In this document: positions 24,936 through 37,213 of the stretch, piece after piece | Layout of the letters: every line of letters starts with the position of its first letter | Position numbering within the stretch: position 1 is the stretch's first letter | From: Lytechinus pictus | Lineage: Eukaryota | Length of the DNA: 64,000 bases | Assembly (NCBI RefSeq): GCF_037042905.1 | Contig: NC_087250.1 | Span: forward strand, 19,656,001 to 19,720,000 | Reading direction: 5' to 3' | The notes under the pieces: generated by a model | Seen by the model: the letters and a program-made list of their open reading frames with translations, nothing else | What the model was told of the DNA's origin: nothing | Database searches by the model: none | Position numbers and translations under genes: made by a program

Positions 24936-26407
24936 TTTCTATGATTTTGGATATAGATATTCCTACAAAATTAATATTACCACGGTAACGGCAAATTAAT
25001 TATCAGACCTATTTATGAATATCGCCACAGGTAGATTTTACGTTCAGCACCAATTAATTCGCGGAAATAGCAAGAAGATCGAACTCTACAAAAGTAAACA
25101 TAATCCTATATACTATCATGACGAGTATCGCACTGATTAATATTAGTATGTGCAATATAGATGTAATATTGTGCGCTGTTTGTATTTTATCAGAAATGCG
25201 CATTCGATAAATGTACATTGTTATCTTTCGCATATAACATAAAATGATATATCTTGCATCTTATTTCAACATTTGTTTTCACTATATGTGCCATGACAAC
25301 AATTATTATGTATTTATTCGGTTAGCGCTAAAATTGACGAAATTGAGATGCAGAACACAAACATTATACTATTGATAGTTTTCACAAACTATTATTTTTA
25401 GTAAATCACGATTTTATATTTCATATTGCCATATATGTGTGTGTAATATTCCAAATTGAAATGCATATTTACTAGACTTATAATTTAAAACTCTGAATAA
25501 AAATAATTCCATATCAAAGATAATCACAAATATGATGATAATCCGTCAAAATATCAAAATGCGTGATTTTCGACATTCTTTCAGATTTCACGCAAAAAAT
25601 GATACTTTCACGCAAAAGTGCACTTGGCATCCGCCCGTACGTTATTACTCAGTATTTCCGCAAGAATTTGAGCTGGGATGCAAAGAATTGACAAATTGTG
25701 CTATTCAATTAAAAACTCGCTTTAGTATGTACTTATACATGTAATTAAAAACCCGCTTTAGTATGTACTGATACATGTAATTATGTACACAATGTACGGT
25801 ATTTTCAATTTTTCTTTCAAAATGCGCGCCTGGTAAAATGCACATTGTCTCCTTTCGGATAACATAAAATGAGATATATTCCATCTTACTTGAAAATTCT
25901 TTTAATTTTTGTGGCATTAGGGCATTTACTATACATTCGATTGAGAAACGCTTTTAAATCGAAGAATTTAAGTTGCGTAAAAAACTTTAAACTATTGATA
26001 GTTTTCACAAACTTTTATTTTGAGGAAATCGCGGTTTTATGTTTCCCTGTGCCATATGTGTGTGTGTAATATTCAAATTTGAAATGCATATTTATGAGAC
26101 TTATAATTTGAAACTCTGAATAAAAATAATTGCATATCAAAGATAATCAAAAATATTAAAATAATCCGTCAAAATATCAAAATGCGTGATTTTCGACATT
26201 CTTTCAGATTTTACGCTAAAAAAGACAGTTTCACGCAAAATTGCGCTTGGCATCCGGCCGTACACTATTCCTGGGTATGTTTGCAAGACTATTAGCTGGG
26301 ATGCCAAGCATTAGCAAGCATTAACAAATTTTGCCGTCCAAAGTATAAAAAATCGTTTTGGCCGGTCTACTATAAGGGGGACACTACTGTTTTAAAGACA
26401 TTTTTAC

Positions 26408-27569
26408 CAACGAACGTAGAGGGCAGCAACACACAAGCGTGTTGCTCTAAGGAAGGTCAACTCCGCTCGAATTTTGTGACCACTTTAAAAAATAAGGTGG
26501 GGTTTTGGGAAATTTGTCGAGTTGATTTTTTTTCATTTGTTAATTTCAAATATTTTTTAATGAACAATTATTAGATCGGTTATTCTGGGTATAAATATTA
26601 AAAATATTACTTTCATTTTTAAAGAAAATATTTAGCTTAAATAATCATGATTTTGACATTTTTCCTCATTTTGGAATATTAAGCCTGTAACGAGGATACC
26701 TCATATCTCTTATTTTCTTCTGCTGAATTTCGCTGCACCACTAATAAATGCATAGACAAGCACCGTAATAATCGAGGTCATTTTTCTGGCCTGGGTGCGC
26801 CGAGCCTGGGCCGGTCGCGCAGCTAGCTAGTGACGCTTCAGGCGACTCGTCATAGATCTAGCAACTTAGACAATGACGTCTAATTTGCCTGGCCTGATTT
26901 GAAGTGTAATGGCTTCAGGGCTGATGTTTATCAACGATGATTGTTCAAGGTTAGATTTCAAATTTTAAATGTCATTTGACTTTTAAGTCTATAAATCTGA
27001 AATAAAGGCGCTGTATCCCCGAAATCCGGGTCTAAATTTCAACTCTGAGTCCGAGACCATGGCATGGACGGCGAAAAAACAACCCATGCATCGGATGCAT
27101 TGCATTGGCTGCGCGCTGCGCTGCAGCTGCACTGTGATGATGGGTTCAGCGAAGAGCTCAGAGAAAATAAGGTATTCAATCCCGAAATGCTTTGCGAGTG
27201 GTCACAAAATCGTCTCGACGCAAATCACCTAATACAGCCGTCTGGTGAAATCGCTGATAACAACAATCACCGATTTGGTAATGATTTTAGTTTCCTGAAA
27301 CTTATATTTGTAAAGTTTTAAATATCAAAGTATGTTTTTATATGTATGTATATTCCTCAACATATTTTTTAAGTTATCTTTGATATTGTTGTAGTCATAT
27401 TCTTTCATATTCGTTTTTTGATCGCTACTAATTTGTTGTTGTATTTGATCGGCATTTGATTTCGTTGGCATGAACAATAAAATACGCGCGCAGCTCAGCT
27501 GCATGCGCGTATCGAGTTGACCTTCCTTATAGCAACACGCTTGTGTGTTGCTGCCCTCTACGTTCGTTG
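26408..27569. mobile_element. 1.16 kb element with ~55-bp TIR and 8-bp TSD (P-like)
   Basis: TIR CAACGAACGTAGAGGGCAGCAACACACAAGCGTGTTGCT...GGAAGGTCAACTC; TSD ATTTTTAC (26400-26407, 27570-27577). Confidence 0.9.
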
Positions 27570-27736
27570 ATTTTTACATTACGAATTTAAATTTTTGCCT
27601 CTCAAAGGGGGGGGGGGGGGCAGCACCGGCCGGCTGTGCCCACCCCCTCTTGATCAGCCAGTAAGTTGAATAGTATTATAAGGTAACTAAATTAAATTGA
27701 AATTGCATTGACGAAAAAAGAAAGAAAAAACCTCAC

Positions 27737-27850
27737 CCATCGGTAGTTTGACGTATTTAACATCCGTAAGAAGAGGAGCATCTGTGACGTTTGCCATGTA
27801 TATTGCTTTTATACCGTAGTCGGCAATAAACACCAGAGTTCTGCTTTCAT
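27737..27850 (-). CDS. Coding exon 2 of a secreted/receptor protein, probably YWTD beta-propeller (LRP-like)
   Basis: Acceptor TTCCTGTATGCAG, donor G|GTGAGG, 114 nt, phase 1-1, in frame with the signal-peptide exon: DESRTLVFIADYGIKAIYMANVTDAPLLTDVKYVKLPM. The family call is by resemblance only. Confidence 0.75.
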
Positions 27851-27876
27851 CTGCATACAGGAACGACACAATAGTG

Positions 27877-28116
27877 ATAATAAGAATGATAATATGCAAC
27901 ATTTATATAGCGCTTGATACAATGTTTCTAAGCGCTGCATATTATTATTTACCCCGGCTTATGCACGCTTACCATGATCGGGCGCAACGTGTATTCGAAG
28001 AATTTATTCCTACCGGGTACACATTCACTATATACACCTGGGTGGAGAGTGGCAAATATAGATAAACGCCTTGCCAAAGGACGCGAGTACTGCGGTTTGG
28101 ATTCGAACTCCGGACT
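27877..28116 (-). mobile_element. 5'-truncated tRNA-derived SINE in intron
   Basis: B box GTTCGAATCC, body CCACTCTCCACCCAGGTGTATATAGTGAATG, 3' AAGCGCT...ATATAAATG and TTA-type tail; same family as 2735-2907. Confidence 0.75.
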
Positions 28117-28120
28117 GTGT

Positions 28121-28411
28121 ATAATATTTCCCTTGCCCACAACTTGATGTTCTGCTGGTATATTAAACAGCGACCGGACTTCTTTTAGAAAATCTAGGTT
28201 ATTGTTCTATATTCTATCAAATGGGCCCTCTTCTCATTGTTCACTTCTCTTTCTAATTCAAGACCTTCCGTAGGATATGAACTGTTCCAAGCAAGCTTGT
28301 CTTCTGTGTCGTTTCAAAGGACACCTCGACTCCTAGAACAGCCAGAAAGCTTCTATGTCTTGTTGTCACAGTTCCTAAGGCTCCGATGAATATAGTATTG
28401 GTACTACCTCT
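28121..28411 (-). mobile_element. 3' fragment of RLE-type non-LTR retrotransposon (R4/Dong-like)
   Basis: Minus strand reads EVVPI/(frameshift)IFIGALGTVTTRHRSFLAVLGVEVSFETTQKTSLLGTVHILRKVLN* (stop 28253-28255), the typical IGALG...QK..LLGT..ILRKVL C-terminus; abuts a (TAA/TGA)n microsatellite. Confidence 0.8.
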
Positions 28412-28862
28412 GAAGTACCAATTATTATTATTCTTATCATCATCATCATCATTATTATTACTACTATTGTTGTCAGTTATCTTACTATAATTATTATCGT
28501 CATTATTATTATTATCATTATTGTTATTATTATTTTACAATTGTGAATTATATGTCCAACAATAATAATGATCGATAAATGATCATTATCGTTTTTTCTA
28601 AGGAAGTATTTCTGCATTTGTTAATAATAATTACAAACTCACAAAAATGATAAAAACAAAATCATTGATCAAACTAAAAACTGACATTAAAACCATGATA
28701 ACAATATAAATAATAAACATAATTTAATTAAAATATGAATGTACTGGCCGGATATCGTAAGTAAAAAGCTTGAATGAGTAACAACCGGGGAGAAAGACTT
28801 AACAAACTTTAAGTTTAGAGGATCGGTCTGCTCAACATGACAAAATACTTTCTCATTCTTAA

Positions 28863-29454
28863 AGGACAAGTCCACCCCAACAAAAAGTTGATTTGAATAA
28901 AAAGAGAAAAATCCAACAAGCATAACACTGAAAATTTCATCAAAATCGGATGTAAAATAAGAAAGTTATGACATTTTAAAGTTTCGCTTAATTTCACAAA
29001 ACAGTTATATGCACATCCTGGTCTGTATGCAAATGAGGAGACTGATGACGTCATCCACTCACTATTTCTTTTGTATTTTATTATAGGAAATATGAAATAT
29101 TCTAATTTTCTCCTCATTGTCAAGTGATACAACAATTAATTCCTCCCTGAACATGTGGAATTAGCGTAGTTTAATACTATATGGTTCAGTCAAGTTGGTC
29201 CTTATTGTCAAATCTATAAAAAATGAAATATTGTATAATTCAAACAATAAAAAACAAAAGAAATAGTGAGTGATGGACATCATCTACTGACTCACCTAGT
29301 TGTGCATATCACTGTTTTGTGAAAAATATGCGAAACTTTAAAATGTCATAACTTTCTTATTTTACATCCAATATTGATGAAATTTTCAGCACTATGCTAG
29401 TTTGATTTTTCTCTATTTATTCAAGTCAGCATTTTCCTGGGGTGGACTTGACCT
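28863..29454. mobile_element. Kolobok-like MITE
   Basis: TTAA|AGGACAAGTCCACCCC ... GGGGTGGACTTGACCT|TTAA. Confidence 0.88.
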
Positions 29455-29502
29455 TTAAAGGTTAGAATAATTTTCACGGTTTTGCTGATTTGGATAATAA
29501 TA

Positions 29503-29650
29503 GAAATGTTGACTGGCTTTTCTTTCGGAGAACATCAAATATATTGCCCTTTAAGAACCGTATTTATTGCCCTCGTCAAAAGACTCGGGCCAATATGATT
29601 CTTTTGCGGGCAATATATTTGATGTTCCCCTCGGGCCGGTCAGTATTATA
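29503..29650. repeat. Short hairpin repeat / decayed MITE
   Basis: GAACATCAAATATATTGCCC / GGGCAATATATTTGATGTTC. Confidence 0.65.
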
Positions 29651-29695
29651 TAATTACTATTAATATCGTTATTCATGCTATATGAGTGTACTCAC

Positions 29696-29795
29696 CTAGA
29701 GAGTAATGTGGACTGTTAAGCCAGGCATTCGTCGAGGAGAATGAGGTCAATAGGAGACATACAACGGATACGATGCCATGGGTAGTTGCTAACAT
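29696..29795 (-). CDS. Coding exon 1 (signal peptide) of the LRP-like gene
   Basis: AAAACAATG start, MLATTHGIVSVVCLLLTSFSSTNAWLNSPHYSL, donor G|GTGAGT phase 1; upstream acceptor CTCTTCTCCTACACACAG implies exon start at 29812 and upstream UTR exon(s). Confidence 0.8.
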
Positions 29796-29897
29796 TGTTT
29801 TCTTATTTATCTCTGTGTGTAGGAGAAGAGACGTAATAATTCATCTTTATATATATATATATATATTCGGTAGATATTCCACGTGTTGGAGTAATAT

Positions 29898-30007
29898 TAA
29901 GAGAAACAAGGTTGAAACTTTCATGCTTTAATCCAACTTCAATAAATTTTGGACTTCGATAAATTTTGTTGGATTAAAGCATGAAAATTTCAACCTTGTT
30001 TCTCTTA
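29898..30007. repeat. 110-bp hairpin element
   Basis: TAAGAGAAACAAGGTTGAAA.TTTCATGCTTTAATCCAAC mirrored with a short loop. Confidence 0.8.
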
Positions 30008-30009
30008 TA

Positions 30010-30823
30010 CAGTGCGTCCCACAAAAAAACGAAACCGAGATTTATCGATGATTTATCATAACTTAATCACAAATACAATAGACAAATGACCTACCATTGT
30101 AAAGCTTAGAATCTCCTCTTTCATCTGAAATCACTAAGATTATTTCTCATTCACGCATGAGTGAGCAAAAACAATTTGAAGAGGGGATACCAAAAAGTCA
30201 TTTAGCGGGCTGTATCTGGGTTTCAAAAAAAAAACCAAATTATTAAAAAGTTCAATATGTGTTCTTTAATTTGATACCTCAATTACAGAAAATGGTCAAA
30301 AAATAACAAAGTTGTGGTTATTTGAAATAAGGCTTGAATTTCAATAATTTCATAAAATTAAGAGGTTCTACAAGCTAGCGTTCAAACTCACTTGACACTC
30401 CGTTTTGTTGACGATCAGCCATGCATTAAGACTTTTGTTAACCATGCGACAGCTTCTTTGGGAAACCGGTGAAAACACGTTTATTTAATGAAATTATGGA
30501 AATACAAGCATTGTTTCGAGGGAACATAACTTTTTTACTTTTTTTTTGTGATTAAGGTATCAAATAAAAGAGCAGATATTGAACATTTTAGGCATGTGAT
30601 TTTCTTTTTGAAATTCAGATACCCCCCGCCAAATGAGTTTTTGGTATCCTTTCTTCAAATTGTTTTTGCTCACTCATGCTTGAATGGGGAATAATCTAAA
30701 TAATATCAGATGAAAGAGGAGATTCTAAGCTTTACATTGGTAGGTCATTTGTCTATTGTATTTGTGATTAAGTTATGATAAATCATTGCTTAATCTCGGT
30801 TTCGTTTTTTCTGGGACGCACTG
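30010..30823. mobile_element. Tc1/mariner-type MITE, intact
   Basis: TA|CAGTGCGTCCCA ... TGGGACGCACTG|TA with long inverted arms. Confidence 0.92.
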
Positions 30824-31054
30824 TATATTTATATACATGTACACATATATCTCATAGTTTTATTATTCTTGCGCTTCTCTCCTCCATACATATCAACAGT
30901 TGATTTCAAGATAGAGTGATTTGGGAGGTCATTGTCACCGTAAATTAGTTTCATGATATATAACCCTTTATCCATTATCTTATTCTTTTCATGCACTTTC
31001 ATGATTGTGGTCATTAGCAAGTGATTATGACACAACAATGATGTCCTCACTTAC

Positions 31055-31106
31055 GCAATAATTTTACAGCCTGCGCCTCAAGTATGTTTTCATTAAGATG
31101 GTGATA
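31055..31106 (-). other. Candidate non-coding 5' UTR exon
   Basis: Long polypyrimidine tract ending CCCAG acceptor, 52 nt, donor GTAAGT. Confidence 0.35.
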
Positions 31107-33634
31107 CTGGGAAGAAAGGGAAAGGGAAAGGAAAGAAAAAAAGGGGGAAAGGGAAGGGAAAAGGGAAAAGAAAACTAAGAAAAAACATAAAAAAGGAAAA
31201 ACGGAAAGATAACGGGAAAAGGAAGGAAAGAAGAACAAGTGAGAAAGAACAATTCTCTCCGATATACAAATACATTAGCATGATTAGTAAGACAGGGAAA
31301 TAAATTAAAGATGACAAAAAGTCAAACAAAAGCGGGAAATAATGGCAGAATGGAATTAGCCGAAATCTAAATTGGAAAATAAAGAATAGGGACAGGATGA
31401 CGTACACTACCGGGCTGCCGAGGATTGAGATAACGAGCGGGAAGAAAAATGGATGGTATATATAGCATAATGTCGTATGAAAGTCTATCATAAACTTGCT
31501 AAATCTCCAAAAGCTCTGTCCAAGAGTCAAGACCCCGTGCAGTGGGGGCTCTTCATCTGTAACCTTTAATGGGTTCTATAACGGGCCCCTATATGGACCC
31601 TTCCTGTATTAAGCTTTACGTTGAAGCACTGGCGTACCGGGGGGATGGTTCCACAGCCAAGGGGAAATAAAAGAAAATAAAGGAGGCAGCGAAATGAGAT
31701 GAATGAAAAAAATATATATGACATGATATTTGCTATAATGATGTAAAAATCCATAATTAGAATTTTATTTTAAAAGGCCATTTTTTTCTGGCCCGCTTCG
31801 CTCGCTGGCGACTTTTTACAAATTTTCCCACATTTGCTATGGTGTGCCCCTCGCAATATTTTGATGATTACGATACACAACTGCATTGAATTTATGTGTT
31901 GTGTGAAAGCTATATAAATATACACGCAATTTGATTAAAATAAGTGGCCATCTGTAAGGTTTAAAATGGCTTTGATATCAAAAGGTTCCGGGGCTCTGCC
32001 CTGGACCCCACCCATAAAGCACTGTTATATGGATGAGTTTGGACCATGGCCCCCAAAGGTTCTACAACCAAACAAAAAAAAATGAGGAAAGAAAGGAAAG
32101 TGTATTATATTTTTCTGAATATCACGTTAAAATCTATCTTCATGTAAGATTCTCATGAAAAGGTAATTTTTTTATCTCACTCGCTTCGCTCGCTCGGGAC
32201 CTATATTAAGCTACTTCTGGCCACAAGCGCCATACTCGGCCCCCTCGAGCATATAGAGCTTCGCCCTGATGCTCACAATCATAACAAAAATCCTGATCAC
32301 CGTGGCGTACAAAAAAGAGAGAAAAAAGGAAAGAGAGGAGGGTGAAGTGTGATATCGTCTTTTTAACATCATGTCAAAATCTATCACAAAATTTGATTTT
32401 TGCAATAAAAATGTCAAAATTTTTGCTCGCTCGCTCGCTTATTTATATATATATTTGCCCGATACGCCATATCGCCCCCTCAAAGATTTTGCCTTATGAC
32501 GCCATTGCCTGTTCCATGATATGACCGGGAAATTTTTTGCTCTTGCCCCCCCCCCCCCCCTGGCCACCGACCCCTGTTACGCCGCTGGTTCAGGGCCAGC
32601 AATGTGTTCATATCTACAGAAGATTTAGCAATGTGACGATATCTTCAACACTGTGGACATCTCTACAGCGAGCGTTTTCACAGTGTGTCTACATAGTGTA
32701 CTGTGTGGACATCGATCTACACTGCCAAAAATTATCAAATTTAACACTGTGAAGATAATTTCACACAGTGTAATTGTTCACATTGAGCTCGCATAGTGTA
32801 CTGTGCATGGTGGAGCGTTGCTGTTTATTTTTTGGAACTGTTTCAGTTGCGCTTTTTCCGACACTGTTTGTCTTCAAAGCATTGGTGTGACTCTTTAAAA
32901 TACGGTTATACCAAACAGCCTAAACATATTGAAATTGTGATTAAAAAGTGTCATACATAATGTTCCTTTACCTTTGTTCTTTAGGTGTAAAATATTATTC
33001 AATCTTAAGTTTTGGGCGTCACCTAGCTATAAAGTGGAGCGCAAAGCGTTAGCATGGTCAAAATTAATCATCCTTTGTTCGTAAAATTGGCAACAATTAT
33101 TAATTTGCTATTAATTTTCAAAATTTGACAAAAATTAAGTATGAATAAAATATGAGCCAAAATTTAATCATTAAAGCAAGGCTCCACACAAACTTTTTTT
33201 CTTGGTGGCCAGGGGCCCGTTGCAGAAAGAGTTGCAATCAATTGAAACTCTAAAAATCATGCGCGACTTGATTTTCAACCAATCAACAGCGTGCATTTGG
33301 GACTTGCGATTGATTTGTTGGCTTGCGTTTAAACCAAAGACCTTATAATATATTACTAGACCGAAAGCTGCGTGCGCGTTCAGCACAAAACAAATGAGAT
33401 TAGGCTCCGCCTACCGCGATCATTTGAAGACAAAAATAAGCCCTCATTGACATTCATGAGCATGAAGATATTCATAATCCGGCCTTTTCATTGGCTAAGA
33501 GTGTCATTAATACGCGATTTCCCCGATTCTTTGTTATCGATACTAGTGGTATCGTGTTACAGAATTAATTATTCATTTGACCTCATTACGTCATCTAATT
33601 TATTCATTCTGAAACTTTTCTTTCCTCACACAAA

Positions 33635-36600
33635 ATGGACCTACGAACACTCCGGTGAGTACGTATAAATTGATATAACCACATGAATTCAGTGAACTAT
33701 TTACACATTTCACACTGTATTTTGTGATCTTAGGTTATTTGTTTAACAAATTAGAGAGTTTGCTATTAATCTTCTGTTAAAGGAAAGCAGAATTTGGTCT
33801 TTGAAATTGAAGTTAGATTGTCATCGTCGCTCAGTGCAGCCTGTATGTTGCTTGCAGTGTTGTGGTTATGCCGTTAAGGACGTTCCACAGTTATGTTGGT
33901 GCGCATTATGATCTGCGCATAGTTTACACTCTGCGCGCTGACGTCACAATGGATGAACAGGTGATTAATTAGCTGCGGGTATGTGCTGATTTTTCTCATC
34001 TTCTGCACTTTAACTGCAGATCCGATGCGTTATTTCATGAAGCTAAAAAATGGAATTATTCCATGGACCATTCAAAAAAAGATTCTCTACAATTTCAAAA
34101 TACTTTACTCTGCAGTGCTGCCAAGAATCACGAATATTACCCCGAGTTTGAATAAATGGTAGAGTGGTTTTGATTTTTTCTTCACATAGATACAAAGCAT
34201 TCAGCGCACTTTTGGTGTTTTAAAAAGCACATTTGCTCTAATAAAAATACTGATAGTTTAAAAACAAGCACATGAACCCCTATTTTTTAATGTTTGTTCC
34301 TCTTAGGTATACCTTCCTCTACAACTCTACAAATTTTGGTGAAAATGACATGGATTTTGAATAAAGTGCAGCATTTATTGTACTTTTGTAGTTTGTTACT
34401 GAAATTTCACATTTTTTAGATTGGGATTTTGTTATCTTTCACGTCATTTTTAAGAACTGACAGTGCTGTTAAACTTAAAATTGCAAACAAATAGCACTAT
34501 AAATATATTCTCCATTCTTACGATACAATTATTAACTCTCTTGCGAAATTTGATGACTTTTTCATGTATTTCGACTGAGTAATACAGGTTTAAACTCATT
34601 GTAGTAATCTTGGGCAGTCTAAAAATGCCAAATTCTTTTGAATGCGCAATTCTTAAGAACATCAATTTGGGTGAACTTTGAAGTTCTATAGCAAAAAATC
34701 AAGCACATGGACCTATGTTAATTTTTGCATATTTCGAATATTAAGGTTCTAAAGTATCTATGTGCAAAGTTTGGTGAAAATGACATGGATTTCACTTTAA
34801 CTGTGGAACGTCCTTAACCACATGTATTTTGTACGGGCTCCTAGCCGGCTGGGAATATCGAGAGATAATCGGGCTGGTTTGGTTCACCTCCAACAAGGAC
34901 CAACCCACGATTGATTAAAACAAGAAGAATGAGGCTTCTTTTTGTACACTGTAACGTTAGATCTAGAGGGAGATCTGCATCTATCTTCAGTAGATCGAGA
35001 CTCGGTCAGGAATAAACTGTGAAGCAGAGTATGGATGAAGATACGCCTGTCATTGTGTCAATCCTCAGTCCTCACTTTGTTTCAGATATCAAATTTATTT
35101 TGCATAACTTCAGGCTTCTGCATTTAGCCCCCACCCATTTTAACTCTTATTGTTATTTATAAATATAGTTAGACTCGGTCTTAGAAATAACATGCTGCTC
35201 TGCATGTTTGTCTTATTATCAATAGATCTAGGGCCTAGATCTTCTTAATCCTAGGCCCTACTTACTTTATACTTAGATCTATCCTAGGCTACTTTACTTT
35301 TATTTATTCATCGATGCTATCAAGACAAGAGCTAATAGGCCTACCTAATTCAAATCTAGTCTAACTTATACTTTCCCAACCCTCGACACTTACCCCCAGG
35401 GCTTATGATCTAGGTCTGTAATTTAGGCCTAGGTTCTAGATCTAGGTCTGGGCCTAAACGACTCCATTTACATGTGTACGAGTATGACTGTCAGTGGACC
35501 AAGGACTAACTTGTTAGATCTAGATCTACTCTTGGTCAATAATGGCAATGAAGTCTTAGCCAGGAATAAAAGTCAGAGTCAGACATCAAAAATTTATAAA
35601 CCGATATAGGGTCTAGATCTCGGTTTAGAACCGAAGCTTTACTTTCTAGGTCTAGATAGATCGAGAGTCCATCGTTAGTCTAGATCTACTAATCTAGACC
35701 TAATTTAGATACATGAATGCTGTCGTACAGCACTGAGTCTTGTTGGACTAGATCTAGACTAAATAGATCTAGACCTAGTGCATGAGATTATGAAATTATG
35801 TTAAAATCAAATGAAATAAGATTCGGAAATAAAAAGATCCAGATTTTTTTTTTTTTTTTGGGGGGGGGCAGACATGTGAAAAAATTTAGAGAAACCTAAA
35901 ATTCAGAAAGCGAGGGCCAGAAGCGACAAATATTACCTAGGGCCGTTTTGTGCATTTTCTAAAGTAAAATTGAAGGATGTCATGCAATTCTCTTTTTGAT
36001 GAAGGTTTCACATTTCAGCTCTTACCCAAACCCCTCCCCCTATACATACGGCCATGAAAAAGATCACTTCTTATTATTGTTCTCTTTTCTTTCACAAACA
36101 GGTTGAGTTTGAAGAACAAGAAAAACAGTACAGGTCTACCTATATGGTTCAAGATGATGATCATAAGTGCATGCATCATTTTGCAGATTCTCATCCAGGT
36201 ATAAAACTTAAACTAACCCATACAAAATTACAGATACATTACATGCATTGAATGTTAACCATGTTTACATTAAATAAAAATAATCCGAGCCACAAAGAGG
36301 TAGGATCTGTAATGAATATAGACACTTTTTAAATATACAGGCTCTCGAGTCTAAAATAGAACCAATGCCAAAAGTTATGTACCTTGAGCAAATTTATAAA
36401 ATACCGGTAAGGTCATGTCCTTGATCTACTAGTAATTAAATGGCCTTTTTATTTCCTATTTGTTTTAAACAAAGCAATATCTATTTTCCATATTTTACAA
36501 AAAATCATTTTATTCATTCTTTAGTGTGATATTCATATTTTATATTTGTAGATTTACGATTTTTTTTAAATCTTGTTATTTTACATTTTGTCCAATAGGA

Positions 36601-37213
36601 TGATGCAGTTTTACAATTTCCATGGAGGTGATTGATGATGATAAATAATTGGTGAAGTAGGCCTAATAGAACAGCGACTAGACCACAAAGAGAAATACAA
36701 CCTACAGCAGTTATATGAGTGAGTTAATTAGTGAATATTGTTAATAATGGAGGTTGTTCACATTTTTTTGGCAACAAATAGACCTGCCTTTGAAAAACCC
36801 ATTTCAATTTTGTTTTTAGATTATAGTTAGTGTCGTTTTTTAATCACAGATCAAAATATTCTGTGCAACAAAACATATCAACTTTAATTCTGACTATTTA
36901 TATAATTTACATATGTTGATTCATATATTCATATTTATGAGAAATCTCTGACATTTTTTCATAGAGTACATGTAGTTATAATGGAGAGTGGTATGCAAAC
37001 TGCATAGAACAGGTTTCAGTGATATGCTTTATAGAAGTACAAGTTTATAATTAGTAGAAGTAAGATTTCCTGTTATGTGTTGAAAAATCATATATATGTA
37101 TAGTCTCACTTTTCTTAAAACGATAAATCACGACAATTTAATTTAAATTCATTGATTTTCTTTCTCTATTTTTTTCAATCTGCAGGACTGGTGTAACAGA
37201 TGTTTTCATTTAA
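33635..37213 (+). CDS. Putative spliced microprotein ORF (exons 33635-33654, 36102-36198, 36599-36627/36631, optional 37186-37213)
   Basis: CAAAATGG start, GT-AG boundaries with pyrimidine tracts, compatible phases; MDLRTLRLSLKNKKNSTGLPIWFKMMIISACIILQILIQDDAVLQFPWR(TGVTDVFI)*. Coding status unproven. Confidence 0.4.
33878..34813. mobile_element. Kolobok-like element
   Basis: TTAA|GGACGTTCCACAGTTA ... TAACTGTGGAACGTCC|TTAA. Confidence 0.88.

Larger units (their letters stand above)
21853..26372. mobile_element. Academ-like non-autonomous element with 623-bp subterminal tandem repeats
   Basis: TIR TAGTAGACCGGCCAAAA at both ends; TSD TAA (21850-21852, 26373-26375); host repeat resumes across the insertion. 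TAG terminus with 3-bp TSD fits Academ. Confidence 0.8.

Noticed and set aside
22309..26069. Repeated 82-aa and 66-aa ORFs as a tandem gene family
   Set aside because: By-products of the 623-bp repeat; occur on both strands, no recognisable domain.
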